From Acidimicrobiales bacterium (GTDB lineage: Bacteria; Actinomycetota; Acidimicrobiia; Acidimicrobiales; Aldehydirespiratoraceae), in assembly GCA_963422655.1 (NCBI GenBank), contig OY730440.1, forward strand, positions 1,908,054 to 1,972,053: a DNA stretch of 64,000 bases. Reading direction: 5' to 3'. This document shows, one piece after another, positions 36,726-45,746 of this stretch. How positions within the stretch are numbered: the stretch's first letter is position 1; each line of letters opens with the position of its first letter. Below the pieces are notes generated by a model. It was not told the origin of the DNA, ran no database searches, and saw only the letters and a list, made by a program, of their open reading frames with translations. Made by a program: the position numbers and the translations under genes.

Positions 36726-37985
36726 GTGTCCCTCGTCGTCATCGGCTGCAACCACCGGTCGACTTCTCTCGACTTGCTCGAGCGGATGACCGTTGCCGCC
36801 GCCGACTTGCCCAAGGCCCTTCACGACTTGGCTTCGGCCGAGAACCTCAGCGAGGTGGTGGTGCTGTCCACCTGCAACCGCATCGAGATCTACGTCTTGG
36901 CCGAGCGGTTCCACGGGGGCTACTCCGACGTTCGGGAGTTCTTGGCCCGCCACTCCCATCTCCCGCCCGAAGCGGTGGCCGACGAGCTCTACTCACGGCA
37001 CGAAGCCGAGGCGGTGCGCCATCTCTTCTCGGTGGCGGCCGGCCTGGACTCCGTGGTCGTGGGGGAGCACGAGATCCTGGGCCAGGTTCGCTCGGCCTGG
37101 GAGTCGGCCCGAGTCGAGGGAACGGTCGGGGCCACTCTGGGCCCGCTGTTTCGCCGGGCCGTGGAGACGGGCAAGCGAGCCCGGACCGAGACGGCCATAG
37201 GCCGCGGGATCGCATCGGTGTCTCAGGCCGCAGTGGCGCTGGCCCGGGATCGTCTCGGGGACATGACCGGCCGGACCGTGCTGGTGGTCGGCGCCGGCGA
37301 GATGGCCGAGGGAACCCTCGAGTCGCTGGCCTCCGCCGGAGCCGGTGACATCGCGGTAGCCAATCGCACCTGGGATCGGACCCTCGCCTTGGCCGAGCGG
37401 TGCGGGGGTCGAGCCGTATCCCTGTCCGAGCTGCAGATCGCCTTGGCCTCGGCCGATCTGCTGGTGACCACCACCGGCGCCCAAGAGCTGATCCTCGCCC
37501 ACGGCGACATCGACGCGGTCATGACTCGTCGAACCGGATCCGAACTGCTCATCGTGGATGTGGCTGTACCCCGCGATGTCGACCCGGCTGCCGGGGACCT
37601 GCCCGGTGTCACCCTGCTCGACATGGACGACCTGAGCGCTTTCGTGGCCCGGGGCCTGGCCGACCGAACCCGTGAGGTGGACTGGGTCCGATCCATCGTG
37701 GACGACGAAGTGAAGCGCTACCTCGATTTCATCTCAGCCCGCCAGGCTGGCCCGCTTATCGCCGCCCTGCGAGACCGGGCCGACCGGATCCGCAGCAACG
37801 AACTGGCCCGCCACGCCAACCGTTTGGCCTCCTTGGACCCCGATCAGAGCGCGGCGGTGTCCTCGCTGTTGCACGGCGTGGTCAACAAGTTGCTGCACGA
37901 GCCCACGGTTCGGCTCAAGGCCGCGTCCGGCCATGCCCGCGGTGATCGGCTGGCCGAGGCACTGCGCGATCTCTTCGACCTGTAG
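36726..37985 (+). CDS. hemA: Glutamyl-tRNA reductase
   Basis: LSTCNRIE, GE.EILGQV, GAGEMA, D.AVPRD. Confidence 0.96.
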   Translation: MSLVVIGCNHRSTSLDLLERMTVAAADLPKALHDLASAENLSEVVVLSTCNRIEIYVLAERFHGGYSDVREFLARHSHLPPEAVADELYSRHEAEAVRHLFSVAAGLDSVVVGEHEILGQVRSAWESARVEGTVGATLGPLFRRAVETGKRARTETAIGRGIASVSQAAVALARDRLGDMTGRTVLVVGAGEMAEGTLESLASAGAGDIAVANRTWDRTLALAERCGGRAVSLSELQIALASADLLVTTTGAQELILAHGDIDAVMTRRTGSELLIVDVAVPRDVDPAAGDLPGVTLLDMDDLSAFVARGLADRTREVDWVRSIVDDEVKRYLDFISARQAGPLIAALRDRADRIRSNELARHANRLASLDPDQSAAVSSLLHGVVNKLLHEPTVRLKAASGHARGDRLAEALRDLFDL

Positions 37986-37988
37986 ACC

Positions 37989-38876
37989 ATGGCACTCCGG
38001 GCTGCCACCCGTGGTAGTGCCCTGGCCCGATGGCAGACCGCTCATGTCGCGGGCCTGCTCACCGAGGCCGGCGTCGGTTCGGTTGAACCCGTCGTGGTCT
38101 CGACCACCGGTGATCGCCGGGCCGACCGGCCCATCCACACCATGGGCGGCAAGGGCGTGTTCGTGGCCGAAGTCCAGGCTGCGGTACTCGACGGCCGGGC
38201 CGACGTCGCCGTGCACTCGGCCAAGGATCTGCCGGCTCGGACCCCCGGCGGTTTGGTGCTGGCAGCCGTGCCGGCTCGGGCCGATCCCCGCGACGCCCTG
38301 GTGGGGTGCGCGCTGGCCGACTTGGCCCCGTCGGCCCGGGTAGCCACCGGATCGGTTCGCCGCCGAGCCCAACTGGCCTGGTTGCGGCCCGATCTCGTCT
38401 TGGCCGAACTGCGAGGCAACATCGCTACCCGCCTGTCCAAGGCGGCTGGTTTCGACGCCATAGTCATGGCCGTGGCTGCGCTCGACCGGCTCGGAGCAGC
38501 CCCGGCCGTTGTCGACGTGCTCGACCCGGCCGTGATGCTGCCTCAGGTGGGCCAGGGAGCTCTGGCCGTGGAGTGCCGGGCCGATGACGGGCCGACACTC
38601 GAAGTCTTGGCCGCTATCGAGCACCGGCCCTCCCGGCGGGCCGTGGATGCCGAACGGGCCTTTCTGGCCACCATCGACGGTGACTGCAGCGTTGCGGCCG
38701 GGGCTCATGGTGTGATCGGTCCCGATGACCGGGTAGATCTCACCGGCTTGGTGGCGTCACCGGACGGACGGGTCGTGGTCCGAGAGCGGGGCACCGGTGA
38801 CGACCCATTCCGGCTGGGTCGGTTGGTGGCCCGCCGCCTCCTCGACGGCGCCGGCGCCGCGGTCGGCATCCGATGA
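37989..38876 (+). CDS. hemC: Hydroxymethylbilane synthase
   Basis: TRGSALA.WQ, VHSAKD, RGNI.TRL, GQGAL. Confidence 0.96.
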   Translation: MALRAATRGSALARWQTAHVAGLLTEAGVGSVEPVVVSTTGDRRADRPIHTMGGKGVFVAEVQAAVLDGRADVAVHSAKDLPARTPGGLVLAAVPARADPRDALVGCALADLAPSARVATGSVRRRAQLAWLRPDLVLAELRGNIATRLSKAAGFDAIVMAVAALDRLGAAPAVVDVLDPAVMLPQVGQGALAVECRADDGPTLEVLAAIEHRPSRRAVDAERAFLATIDGDCSVAAGAHGVIGPDDRVDLTGLVASPDGRVVVRERGTGDDPFRLGRLVARRLLDGAGAAVGIR

Positions 38877-39640
38877 AGGAACGGCCGATGAAGGAACAGC
38901 CTCTGGTCGGGTTGCGGATCGTGGTCTGCCGGCCCCTGGATCAGTCGGTCGGTTTGGTGGAACTGCTGGAGGAGGCCGGAGCCGAACCGGTGAGCGCACC
39001 GGTCATCGCCATCACCGATCCCCCCGATGGCGGCGCGGCGTTGAGGGGCGCGATGGCCGGCCTGACCCGGGGTGACTGGCTGATCGTCACCAGTCCCAAC
39101 GGAGCTGACCGGGTGGGTGAGGCTCTGGCCGGTTCGATCCCGCCCGGCGTCAGGGTGGCTGCTATCGGGCCGGGCACGGCCCGGCGAGCGACCCAGGTCG
39201 GGCTGCGGGTTCATCTGGTGCCTGAACGGGCTGTCGCCGAGGGCTTGCTCGAAACCTTCCCCGCTCCGGCCGGGTCCGGCCGGGTCGTGGTGGCCCGGGC
39301 GGAGGTGGCTCGAGCGGCGCTTCCCGACGGCCTGAGGTCGGCTGGGTGGGATGTCACCGACGTAGCGGCCTATCGCACCGTGACCAGCGATCTCACCGCC
39401 GAGCAGAAACGTCAGGTGGCCGGCGCCGACGGGGTGGTGTTCACCTCTTCGTCGACCGTCGACCGGTTGGTGGCCGCGGTCGGGGCCGGTGCCGTCCCGT
39501 CCCTGGTGGTCTCGATCGGCCCGGTCACTTCGGCCACCGCCGCCGGTTACGGTGTCGCCGTTACCGTGGAAGCGTCCGACCACACCATCGAAGGCACCAT
39601 CGAAGCTCTCGAGGAGCACGCTTCGTCCTGGCTGGATTGA
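38873..39640 (+). CDS. hemD: Uroporphyrinogen-III synthase
   Basis: TSPNG, IGPGT, AYRT, FTSSSTV, IGPVT. Confidence 0.92.
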   Translation: MKERPMKEQPLVGLRIVVCRPLDQSVGLVELLEEAGAEPVSAPVIAITDPPDGGAALRGAMAGLTRGDWLIVTSPNGADRVGEALAGSIPPGVRVAAIGPGTARRATQVGLRVHLVPERAVAEGLLETFPAPAGSGRVVVARAEVARAALPDGLRSAGWDVTDVAAYRTVTSDLTAEQKRQVAGADGVVFTSSSTVDRLVAAVGAGAVPSLVVSIGPVTSATAAGYGVAVTVEASDHTIEGTIEALEEHASSWLD

Positions 39641-39684
39641 CCGATGACTCTGGGGCCGAGATGCAGGCTGGGTAACCTCCCGGA

Positions 39685-40665
39685 GTGGCTTTTCCCCGGT
39701 ATCGCTTCCGTCGCCTCCGGGCCACGTCGGCTCTGCGGCGGCTGGTGGCAGAGCATCGTCTGCATCCCGACGACTTGGTCGCTCCGCTCTTCGTGCGGGA
39801 AGGGATAGACGAACCCCAGCCCATCGCCTCGCTGCCGGGACAGGTCCAGCACACCCGGCGGTCGCTGAGGGCCGAGGTGAAAGAGCTGGCGGCACTGGGG
39901 GTGCCGGGGTTGATCCTCTTCGGTGTCCCCGAACGAAAGGACGCCCGGGGATCCGAGGCTTGGAACCCCGACGGGATCGTGGCCGTGGCGCTGAACGATC
40001 TGCGCGACGACCATGGTGACGACATGGTAGTGATGAGCGATCTCTGCCTCGACGAGTACACCGATCACGGGCACTGCGGCGTGATCGACGACCGCGGTGA
40101 CGTCGACAACGACGCCACCGTCGACCTCTACGCCCGGGTGGCGGTGACCCAGGCCGGTGCCGGCGCGGGGGTGGTAGCGCCGTCGGGGATGATGGACGGG
40201 CAGGTCGGCATCATCCGAGCTGCGCTCGATGGCGCCGGATTCACCGGCACGGCCGTCCTCGCCTACTCGGCCAAGTACGCCACCGCCCTGTACGGGCCGT
40301 TCCGTGACGCGGTGGGCGTGGAGATCGCCGCGGGCGGTGATCGCCGCCGCTACCAGCAGGACGTGGCCAACGCTCGGGAAGCCTTGGACGAGATCCGAGC
40401 CGATATCGACGAGGGGGCCGACATGGTGATGGTGAAACCGGCGCTGACCCACCTCGACGTGATCGCCCGGGCCCGAGCCGAGATCAACCGCCCTCTGGGG
40501 GCGTACCACGTGTCGGGCGAGTACGCCATGGTCCACGCCGCGGCTCGGATGGGCTGGCTCGACCTCGACGCGGTAGCCGCCGAGCAAGTGCTGGCCGTGA
40601 AACGAGCCGGGGCCGACTTCATCCTCACCTACTTCGCACGGCTCCTGGCCGAGACGATGCAATGA
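39685..40665 (+). CDS. hemB: Porphobilinogen synthase
   Basis: DLCLDEYTDHGHCG, APSGMMDG, MVKPA, VSGEY. Confidence 0.97.
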   Translation: MAFPRYRFRRLRATSALRRLVAEHRLHPDDLVAPLFVREGIDEPQPIASLPGQVQHTRRSLRAEVKELAALGVPGLILFGVPERKDARGSEAWNPDGIVAVALNDLRDDHGDDMVVMSDLCLDEYTDHGHCGVIDDRGDVDNDATVDLYARVAVTQAGAGAGVVAPSGMMDGQVGIIRAALDGAGFTGTAVLAYSAKYATALYGPFRDAVGVEIAAGGDRRRYQQDVANAREALDEIRADIDEGADMVMVKPALTHLDVIARARAEINRPLGAYHVSGEYAMVHAAARMGWLDLDAVAAEQVLAVKRAGADFILTYFARLLAETMQ

Positions 40666-40672
40666 CCGGTCG

Positions 40673-41992
40673 GTGGCCACCCTCGTGAGCGCCACCGGTT
40701 CCCGACCGGCTCCGACCGGCTCCAACCGGAGCCTCTTCGAGCGAGCCCGAAGGGTGATCCCGGGTGGGGTGAACTCGCCGGTGCGGTCGTTTCGAGCCGT
40801 GGGCGGAACTCCTTACTTCGTCGCTCGCGCCCACGGGCCGTTCGTCTACGACGTCGAGGGGCGGCGCTATATCGACTATGTCCAGAGCTACGGGCCGGGC
40901 ATCTTGGGGCATGCCCACCCGGCCGTGGTCGAAGCGCTGCGCGACGCGGCGAGCCGGGGTACCAGCTACGGCGCCCCCACCGAGAACGAGGTGCTGATCG
41001 CCGAGGAGATGTGCGCTCGGGTGGGCGGGTTGGAAATGGTGCGGTTGGTGTCGAGCGGAACCGAGGCGGTGATGTCGGCCGTCCGGTTGGCTCGGGGTGT
41101 CACCGGCCGATCCACCGTCGTCAAGTTCGCCGGGTGTTATCACGGGCACAGCGACGCTTTGCTGGTGGCGGGCGGATCAGGCGTGGCCCAGCAGGGCCTG
41201 ATCGGGTCCGAAGGGGTGACCGAGGGGGCGGTGGCCGACACCGTTGTCGCTCCCTACAACGTCGTGCCCGATCTGGATTCCAGCGTGGCCGCGGTCTGCG
41301 TGGAACCGGTGGCCGCCAACATGGGTCTGGTTGCTCCTACCGAAGGTTTCCTGGAAGGGCTGCGAGCGGCCTGCGACGAGGCCGGGGCGCTGTTGCTCTT
41401 CGACGAGGTGATCACCGGGTTCCGCTTGGGTCGAGCCGGCGCCACCGGGTGGTTCGGGGTACGACCCGACTTGTGGTGTTTCGGCAAGGTGATCGGCGGG
41501 GGGCTGCCCATGGGCGCCTTCGGGGCTTCGGCTGCGATCATGGCCGGTATCGCTCCGCTGGGTGGTGTGTACCAGGCCGGCACGCTGTCGGGGAATCCCC
41601 TCGCCACCGCGGCCGGTCTGGCCACCCTGGCCCAGCTCGATGCTGACGCTTACGCCCGGCTCGAGTCGGTGGCCTGCCGGTTGCAGGCCGGCCTGATCGA
41701 GGCCTTGACCTCAGCGGGGGTGACCGCGGTCGTCCCCCGGGTCGGTCCGCTGCTGGGTCTGTTCTTCACCATCACCGAGCCGGTCGATTTCGATACGGCC
41801 GGGCTGGCCGCCGACAACGGCATCTATCCCCGGTTCTTCCACGGGATGCTCGAACGTGGGGTAGCCCTGGCCCCGGGCCCTTACGAAGCGATGTTCCCGT
41901 CGCTGGCTCATACCGCCGCCGAGGTCGACGCCACCATCGAGGCCGCAGCCGAGGTGGCCCGTGACATGGCCCGTGACATTGACGGTGCATGA
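40673..41992 (+). CDS. hemL: Glutamate-1-semialdehyde 2,1-aminomutase
   Basis: PGGVNSPVR, SGTEA.M, YHGH, DEV.TGFR, GKVIGGG. Confidence 0.96.
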   Translation: MATLVSATGSRPAPTGSNRSLFERARRVIPGGVNSPVRSFRAVGGTPYFVARAHGPFVYDVEGRRYIDYVQSYGPGILGHAHPAVVEALRDAASRGTSYGAPTENEVLIAEEMCARVGGLEMVRLVSSGTEAVMSAVRLARGVTGRSTVVKFAGCYHGHSDALLVAGGSGVAQQGLIGSEGVTEGAVADTVVAPYNVVPDLDSSVAAVCVEPVAANMGLVAPTEGFLEGLRAACDEAGALLLFDEVITGFRLGRAGATGWFGVRPDLWCFGKVIGGGLPMGAFGASAAIMAGIAPLGGVYQAGTLSGNPLATAAGLATLAQLDADAYARLESVACRLQAGLIEALTSAGVTAVVPRVGPLLGLFFTITEPVDFDTAGLAADNGIYPRFFHGMLERGVALAPGPYEAMFPSLAHTAAEVDATIEAAAEVARDMARDIDGA

Positions 41993-42016
41993 GTCAACGG
42001 TGATACAAACGGTTCC

Positions 42017-42475
42017 ATGGCTTGGACAATTCTGGTTGTCAACGGTCCCAATCTGAATCTGCTGGGGGATCGGGAACCCGACCTGTACGGTGCGGTGACC
42101 CTCGATGAGATCAGCCGCGGCCTCGACGACTACGGTGCAGACCGCGGCGTCACCATCGAGCACTTCCAGTCCAACATAGAAGGCGAACTGCTCGACGCAC
42201 TTCATGGTGGTCGTGGCTCTGCCGACGGGATCGTCCTCAACGCCGGCGCCTTCACCCATTACTCGATCGCGCTCCGCGATGCCATTGCCGCCGTCGGTGT
42301 CCCTGTGGTCGAGACCCACATCTCCAACGTGCACGCCCGGGAGGACTTCCGCCACACCTCGGTGATCGCGGCCGTGTGCCTGGGGGTGATCGCCGGTTTC
42401 GGCCCGACCGGATACCGGCTCGCCGTCGATGCCCTGATCGACCATCTCGAATCCCGACCAGCACCCGGGCCATGA
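42017..42475 (+). CDS. aroQ: Type II 3-dehydroquinate dehydratase
   Basis: NGPNLNLLG.REP..YG, HISNVHARE.FR. Confidence 0.96.
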   Translation: MAWTILVVNGPNLNLLGDREPDLYGAVTLDEISRGLDDYGADRGVTIEHFQSNIEGELLDALHGGRGSADGIVLNAGAFTHYSIALRDAIAAVGVPVVETHISNVHAREDFRHTSVIAAVCLGVIAGFGPTGYRLAVDALIDHLESRPAPGP

Positions 42476-43494
42476 CCGCCGGTCCCGCCGTGCTCGAGCT
42501 GGCTGGTCACGAGGTACGGGTTACCAACCCGGCCAAGGTGTTCTTCGCCGAGCGGGGTGAGACGAAGCTCGATCTGGTCCAGTACTACCTGGCTGTGACC
42601 GAGCCTCTCCTGAGGGCCATGGGAGGGCGTCCCGTCTTGCTGGAGCGCTACCCCGACGGAGCCCAGGGGTCGTCGTTCTTCCAGAAGCGGGTTCCCAAGG
42701 GCGCGCCCGAATGGCTGCGCACCATGGTTGTGAGCACCCCCAACGGCACCACCTCCAATGCCATGGTCGCAGCCGATATCGCTCACGTGGTGTGGGCCGT
42801 CAACATGGGCTGCCTCGGCTTCCACGTGTGGCCCAGCCGCGCCACCGACCCCGATCATGCCGACGAACTACGAATCGATCTGGATCCTCAACCCGGCGTG
42901 AACTTCGACCAGGTCCGGGAGGCGGCCATGGAGGTGCGGGCCGCTCTCGACGAGCTGGGACTGACCGGTTTCCCCAAGACGTCGGGTCGCAAGGGCCTGC
43001 ATGTGTACGTGCGGTTGCTGCCCCGCTGGGACCCCTTTCAAGTCCGGGCCGGAGCCGTGGCCCTGGCCCGGGAACTGGCCCGACGCCGGCCCGATCTGAT
43101 CACCGACGCTTGGTGGAAGGAAGAGCGAGGTCGGCGGGTGTTCGTCGACTTCAACCAGAACGCCCCGCACAAGACGGTGTTCGGGGCGTGGTCGGTACGG
43201 GCCCGGCCCGGGGCCCAGGTATCGACGCCGATCCGATGGTCCGACGTAGCCGACGTCGAGCCCGATGAGCTGACCATCGCCACCGTGCCGACCCTTGTGG
43301 CCGACAGCGGGGACGCCTGGGCCGGCATCGATGACGAGTTGTGCTCGCTGGAGTTGCTGCTGGATTGGCACCGCCGGGACATGGCCAGCGGGTTGGCGGA
43401 TGCTCCGTGGCCGCCGGTCTACCCCAAGATGCCCAACGAAGGGCCCCGGGTGGCTCCGAGCCGGGCTCGCAAGCGGGCCGGGCCGGTTTCGTGA
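42472..43494 (+). CDS. Stand-alone LigD polymerase-domain protein (Prim-PolC type)
   Basis: RYPDG...FFQK, IDLDP, KTSG..G.H, WWKEERG, DFNQN. Confidence 0.92.
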   Translation: MTAGPAVLELAGHEVRVTNPAKVFFAERGETKLDLVQYYLAVTEPLLRAMGGRPVLLERYPDGAQGSSFFQKRVPKGAPEWLRTMVVSTPNGTTSNAMVAADIAHVVWAVNMGCLGFHVWPSRATDPDHADELRIDLDPQPGVNFDQVREAAMEVRAALDELGLTGFPKTSGRKGLHVYVRLLPRWDPFQVRAGAVALARELARRRPDLITDAWWKEERGRRVFVDFNQNAPHKTVFGAWSVRARPGAQVSTPIRWSDVADVEPDELTIATVPTLVADSGDAWAGIDDELCSLELLLDWHRRDMASGLADAPWPPVYPKMPNEGPRVAPSRARKRAGPVS

Positions 43495-43528
43495 CGTCCG
43501 GGCTCGCCAGCCTCACCTCCCGCCAGCC

Positions 43529-44716
43529 TCACCTCCAAGGGCTGTCACGCAGTGCTTTCGCTATCCTGGTCAGGTACTCCTCCTGAACCTGCTGACCGAA
43601 GGTGACGCCGGCCTTATTGAGATGCTCGTTGGCGATGTCCAGTTCGTCGAATATGTCCTTGACGATAACGTCGGCAACGACGGCCCGGGCGATGTCCTCG
43701 GCCATTTCCTCGCGCAGTTCCTTCGCCTGCTTCACCACGGCGTCGGTGGCGGCTCGACGGCCGCCGGTTCTGGCTGCGTCGAAGACTTTTTTGCTCACCG
43801 TGACCGTCTGACGCACCCCCGAACCGGACAGGCCCGGAATGGGCACCATGCCGAGGGCGTAGATGGCTGCGGAGAGGTAGTCGCCGTTGATGGCGTAGTA
43901 GAGGGCTCGACCCATGTCCACCAGATCACCGATCACCGGGACGAATGACACCGCGTCGAGGAGCAGGTTCAGGTCTAGGTTCACGAGCGGCTCCGGACGG
44001 TTGTGGGCGCGGTCGTCGAGGACTTGGTTAACGGCCCTGACCAAGTCCGGCGACAGCTCGTAACCGGTCAGGAAAGCCTTGAAGTCCTCGCGGCTCAACA
44101 CGCTGTCGGGAGCTCCTCCCTCAGCCGCGGTGTCGATCAACCCCAATAGGGGCAGCAACGTCGCCCAAGCCGTTGCCTTGGTGACGAAGGCGTCTATGTC
44201 TTCCAGCGACAGGAGCCCGTCGCTGTCGCTGTCGTCGTGGTGGAAGTCACGTTCATAGCCTCCGGCGAGGTAGCTGTCGTTGCCCTTGGCCGTTTCCACT
44301 TTGTCGAAGAAGTCACTGTGGGCCAGCAACCAGGTCGCGGCAGTGCGGGCTGATCCGGTCATCTCGTCTCTGGCCCACTCCAAGTCGCGGCGCGACAACC
44401 GGCCGTCGGTCTCACACGGGACGCCCTGGGTCTCGATGAGCTGGAAGTGGTTCCGCAAGTGCTCCAGGGCAGCCAGTCCTGCGTTCATGTCGGACCCGCC
44501 CAGGGTGATGAGACGTACCCGACCGATGAGATCGCTGGCGATGGCTTTCAGGGTGTCAGCAGCTCCGTGGACCTCGGTGTCGGCGTCGGTGACCGGATCT
44601 TCGAGCAGGGCCGCGGACTCGGCCAGCAGATCGTACAGCGCAATCGCGTCGGCGGTGAGGTAGTCGGCCGCGGTCGTCAGGCATTTGTGCAGCTCCACGG
44701 AGCTGGTCACGTTCAT
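43529..44716 (-). CDS. Hypothetical protein with EF-hand-like repeats and pre-toxin (PT-TG-like) segment
   Basis: DSDSDGLLSLED loop; LLDAVSFVPVIGDLVD..ALYY...GDY..AA...G.VP segment. Confidence 0.7.
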   Translation of the reverse strand: MNVTSSVELHKCLTTAADYLTADAIALYDLLAESAALLEDPVTDADTEVHGAADTLKAIASDLIGRVRLITLGGSDMNAGLAALEHLRNHFQLIETQGVPCETDGRLSRRDLEWARDEMTGSARTAATWLLAHSDFFDKVETAKGNDSYLAGGYERDFHHDDSDSDGLLSLEDIDAFVTKATAWATLLPLLGLIDTAAEGGAPDSVLSREDFKAFLTGYELSPDLVRAVNQVLDDRAHNRPEPLVNLDLNLLLDAVSFVPVIGDLVDMGRALYYAINGDYLSAAIYALGMVPIPGLSGSGVRQTVTVSKKVFDAARTGGRRAATDAVVKQAKELREEMAEDIARAVVADVIVKDIFDELDIANEHLNKAGVTFGQQVQEEYLTRIAKALRDSPWR

Positions 44717-44828
44717 CAACAGGAGATCGTCTATGGAACAATGAAACAACATCATGTACCATGTTGTCAAGGGGTAATTCACAGAACCAGTGAGCCAGCC
44801 CGGTCCCTCGGCGACCTACCATCGACTC

Positions 44829-45746
44829 GTGGCCACCCCTGTACGCATCGCTGGCGAGGTTCGTGACGCGCTGGCCGGAGGGGCACCGGTCGTGGCCTTG
44901 GAGTCGATCCTTGTGTCCGAGCTCGGTTTACCCGCGCCGGCCAATCACCGTTGCATGGAATTGATGACGGCTGCGATCGTGGCCAGTGGAGCCATTCCAG
45001 CCCTCACCGGTGTTCTCGACGGCCGAGCCGTCGTGGGCGTCACCGGTGCCGAAGCGGACCGGCTGATGGCCGGGAGCACCAAGGTCACGGCCCGTGACCT
45101 GGGCGCAGCGGTGGCTCGACATCTCACTACCGGCGTCACCACCGTGTCCGCCTCGGTCACGCTGGCCGCCGCCGTCGGCATCGAGGTCTTTGCCACCGGA
45201 GGGATCGGCGGTGTTCACCAGGGGTCGCTCCTCACCGGCGACGTGAGCCAGGATCTGATGGCACTGGCCCGCCACCCGGTCGTGACCGTGTCGGCCGGAG
45301 CCAAGGTCTTCCTCGACCTTCCCCGCACCCTCGAATATCTGGAGACCCTGGGCGTACCGGTGGTGGGCTGGAACACCGGCCGGTTCCCGGCTTTTTACGT
45401 GAGGGACTCCGGAGTGAGTGTCGCCCACACGGTACGGGACGGCTCGGAGGCAGCCGCCCTGTTCCGGGCCGGTGCCAGTGTGGGCCACCCCACCGGGATG
45501 CTGGTGGCCAACCCCATCCCAGCCCGTGCCGAGCTGGATCCGGCCATAGTCGAAACTGCCGTGGAACAGGCCCTCACCGCGGCTGAACACCGAGGCTTGT
45601 CCGGAACGGCTGTCACCCCGGCCGTACTGGAGGCCATAGCCGTCGCTACCGGCGGTGACAGCATCGCAGCTAATCTGGCTCTGGCCGAGTCGAACGCCTC
45701 GGTGGCGGCTTCCATCGCCGACGCGCTGGTTCGGGGCGAGGCATGA
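44829..45746 (+). CDS. psuG: Pseudouridine-5'-phosphate glycosidase (PsuG/IndA) family
   Basis: VVALES, TTVS, FATGGIGGVH, GAK..LD, TLEYLET.GV; start from leaderless TACCAT-N6-GTG. Confidence 0.85.
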   Translation: MATPVRIAGEVRDALAGGAPVVALESILVSELGLPAPANHRCMELMTAAIVASGAIPALTGVLDGRAVVGVTGAEADRLMAGSTKVTARDLGAAVARHLTTGVTTVSASVTLAAAVGIEVFATGGIGGVHQGSLLTGDVSQDLMALARHPVVTVSAGAKVFLDLPRTLEYLETLGVPVVGWNTGRFPAFYVRDSGVSVAHTVRDGSEAAALFRAGASVGHPTGMLVANPIPARAELDPAIVETAVEQALTAAEHRGLSGTAVTPAVLEAIAVATGGDSIAANLALAESNASVAASIADALVRGEA

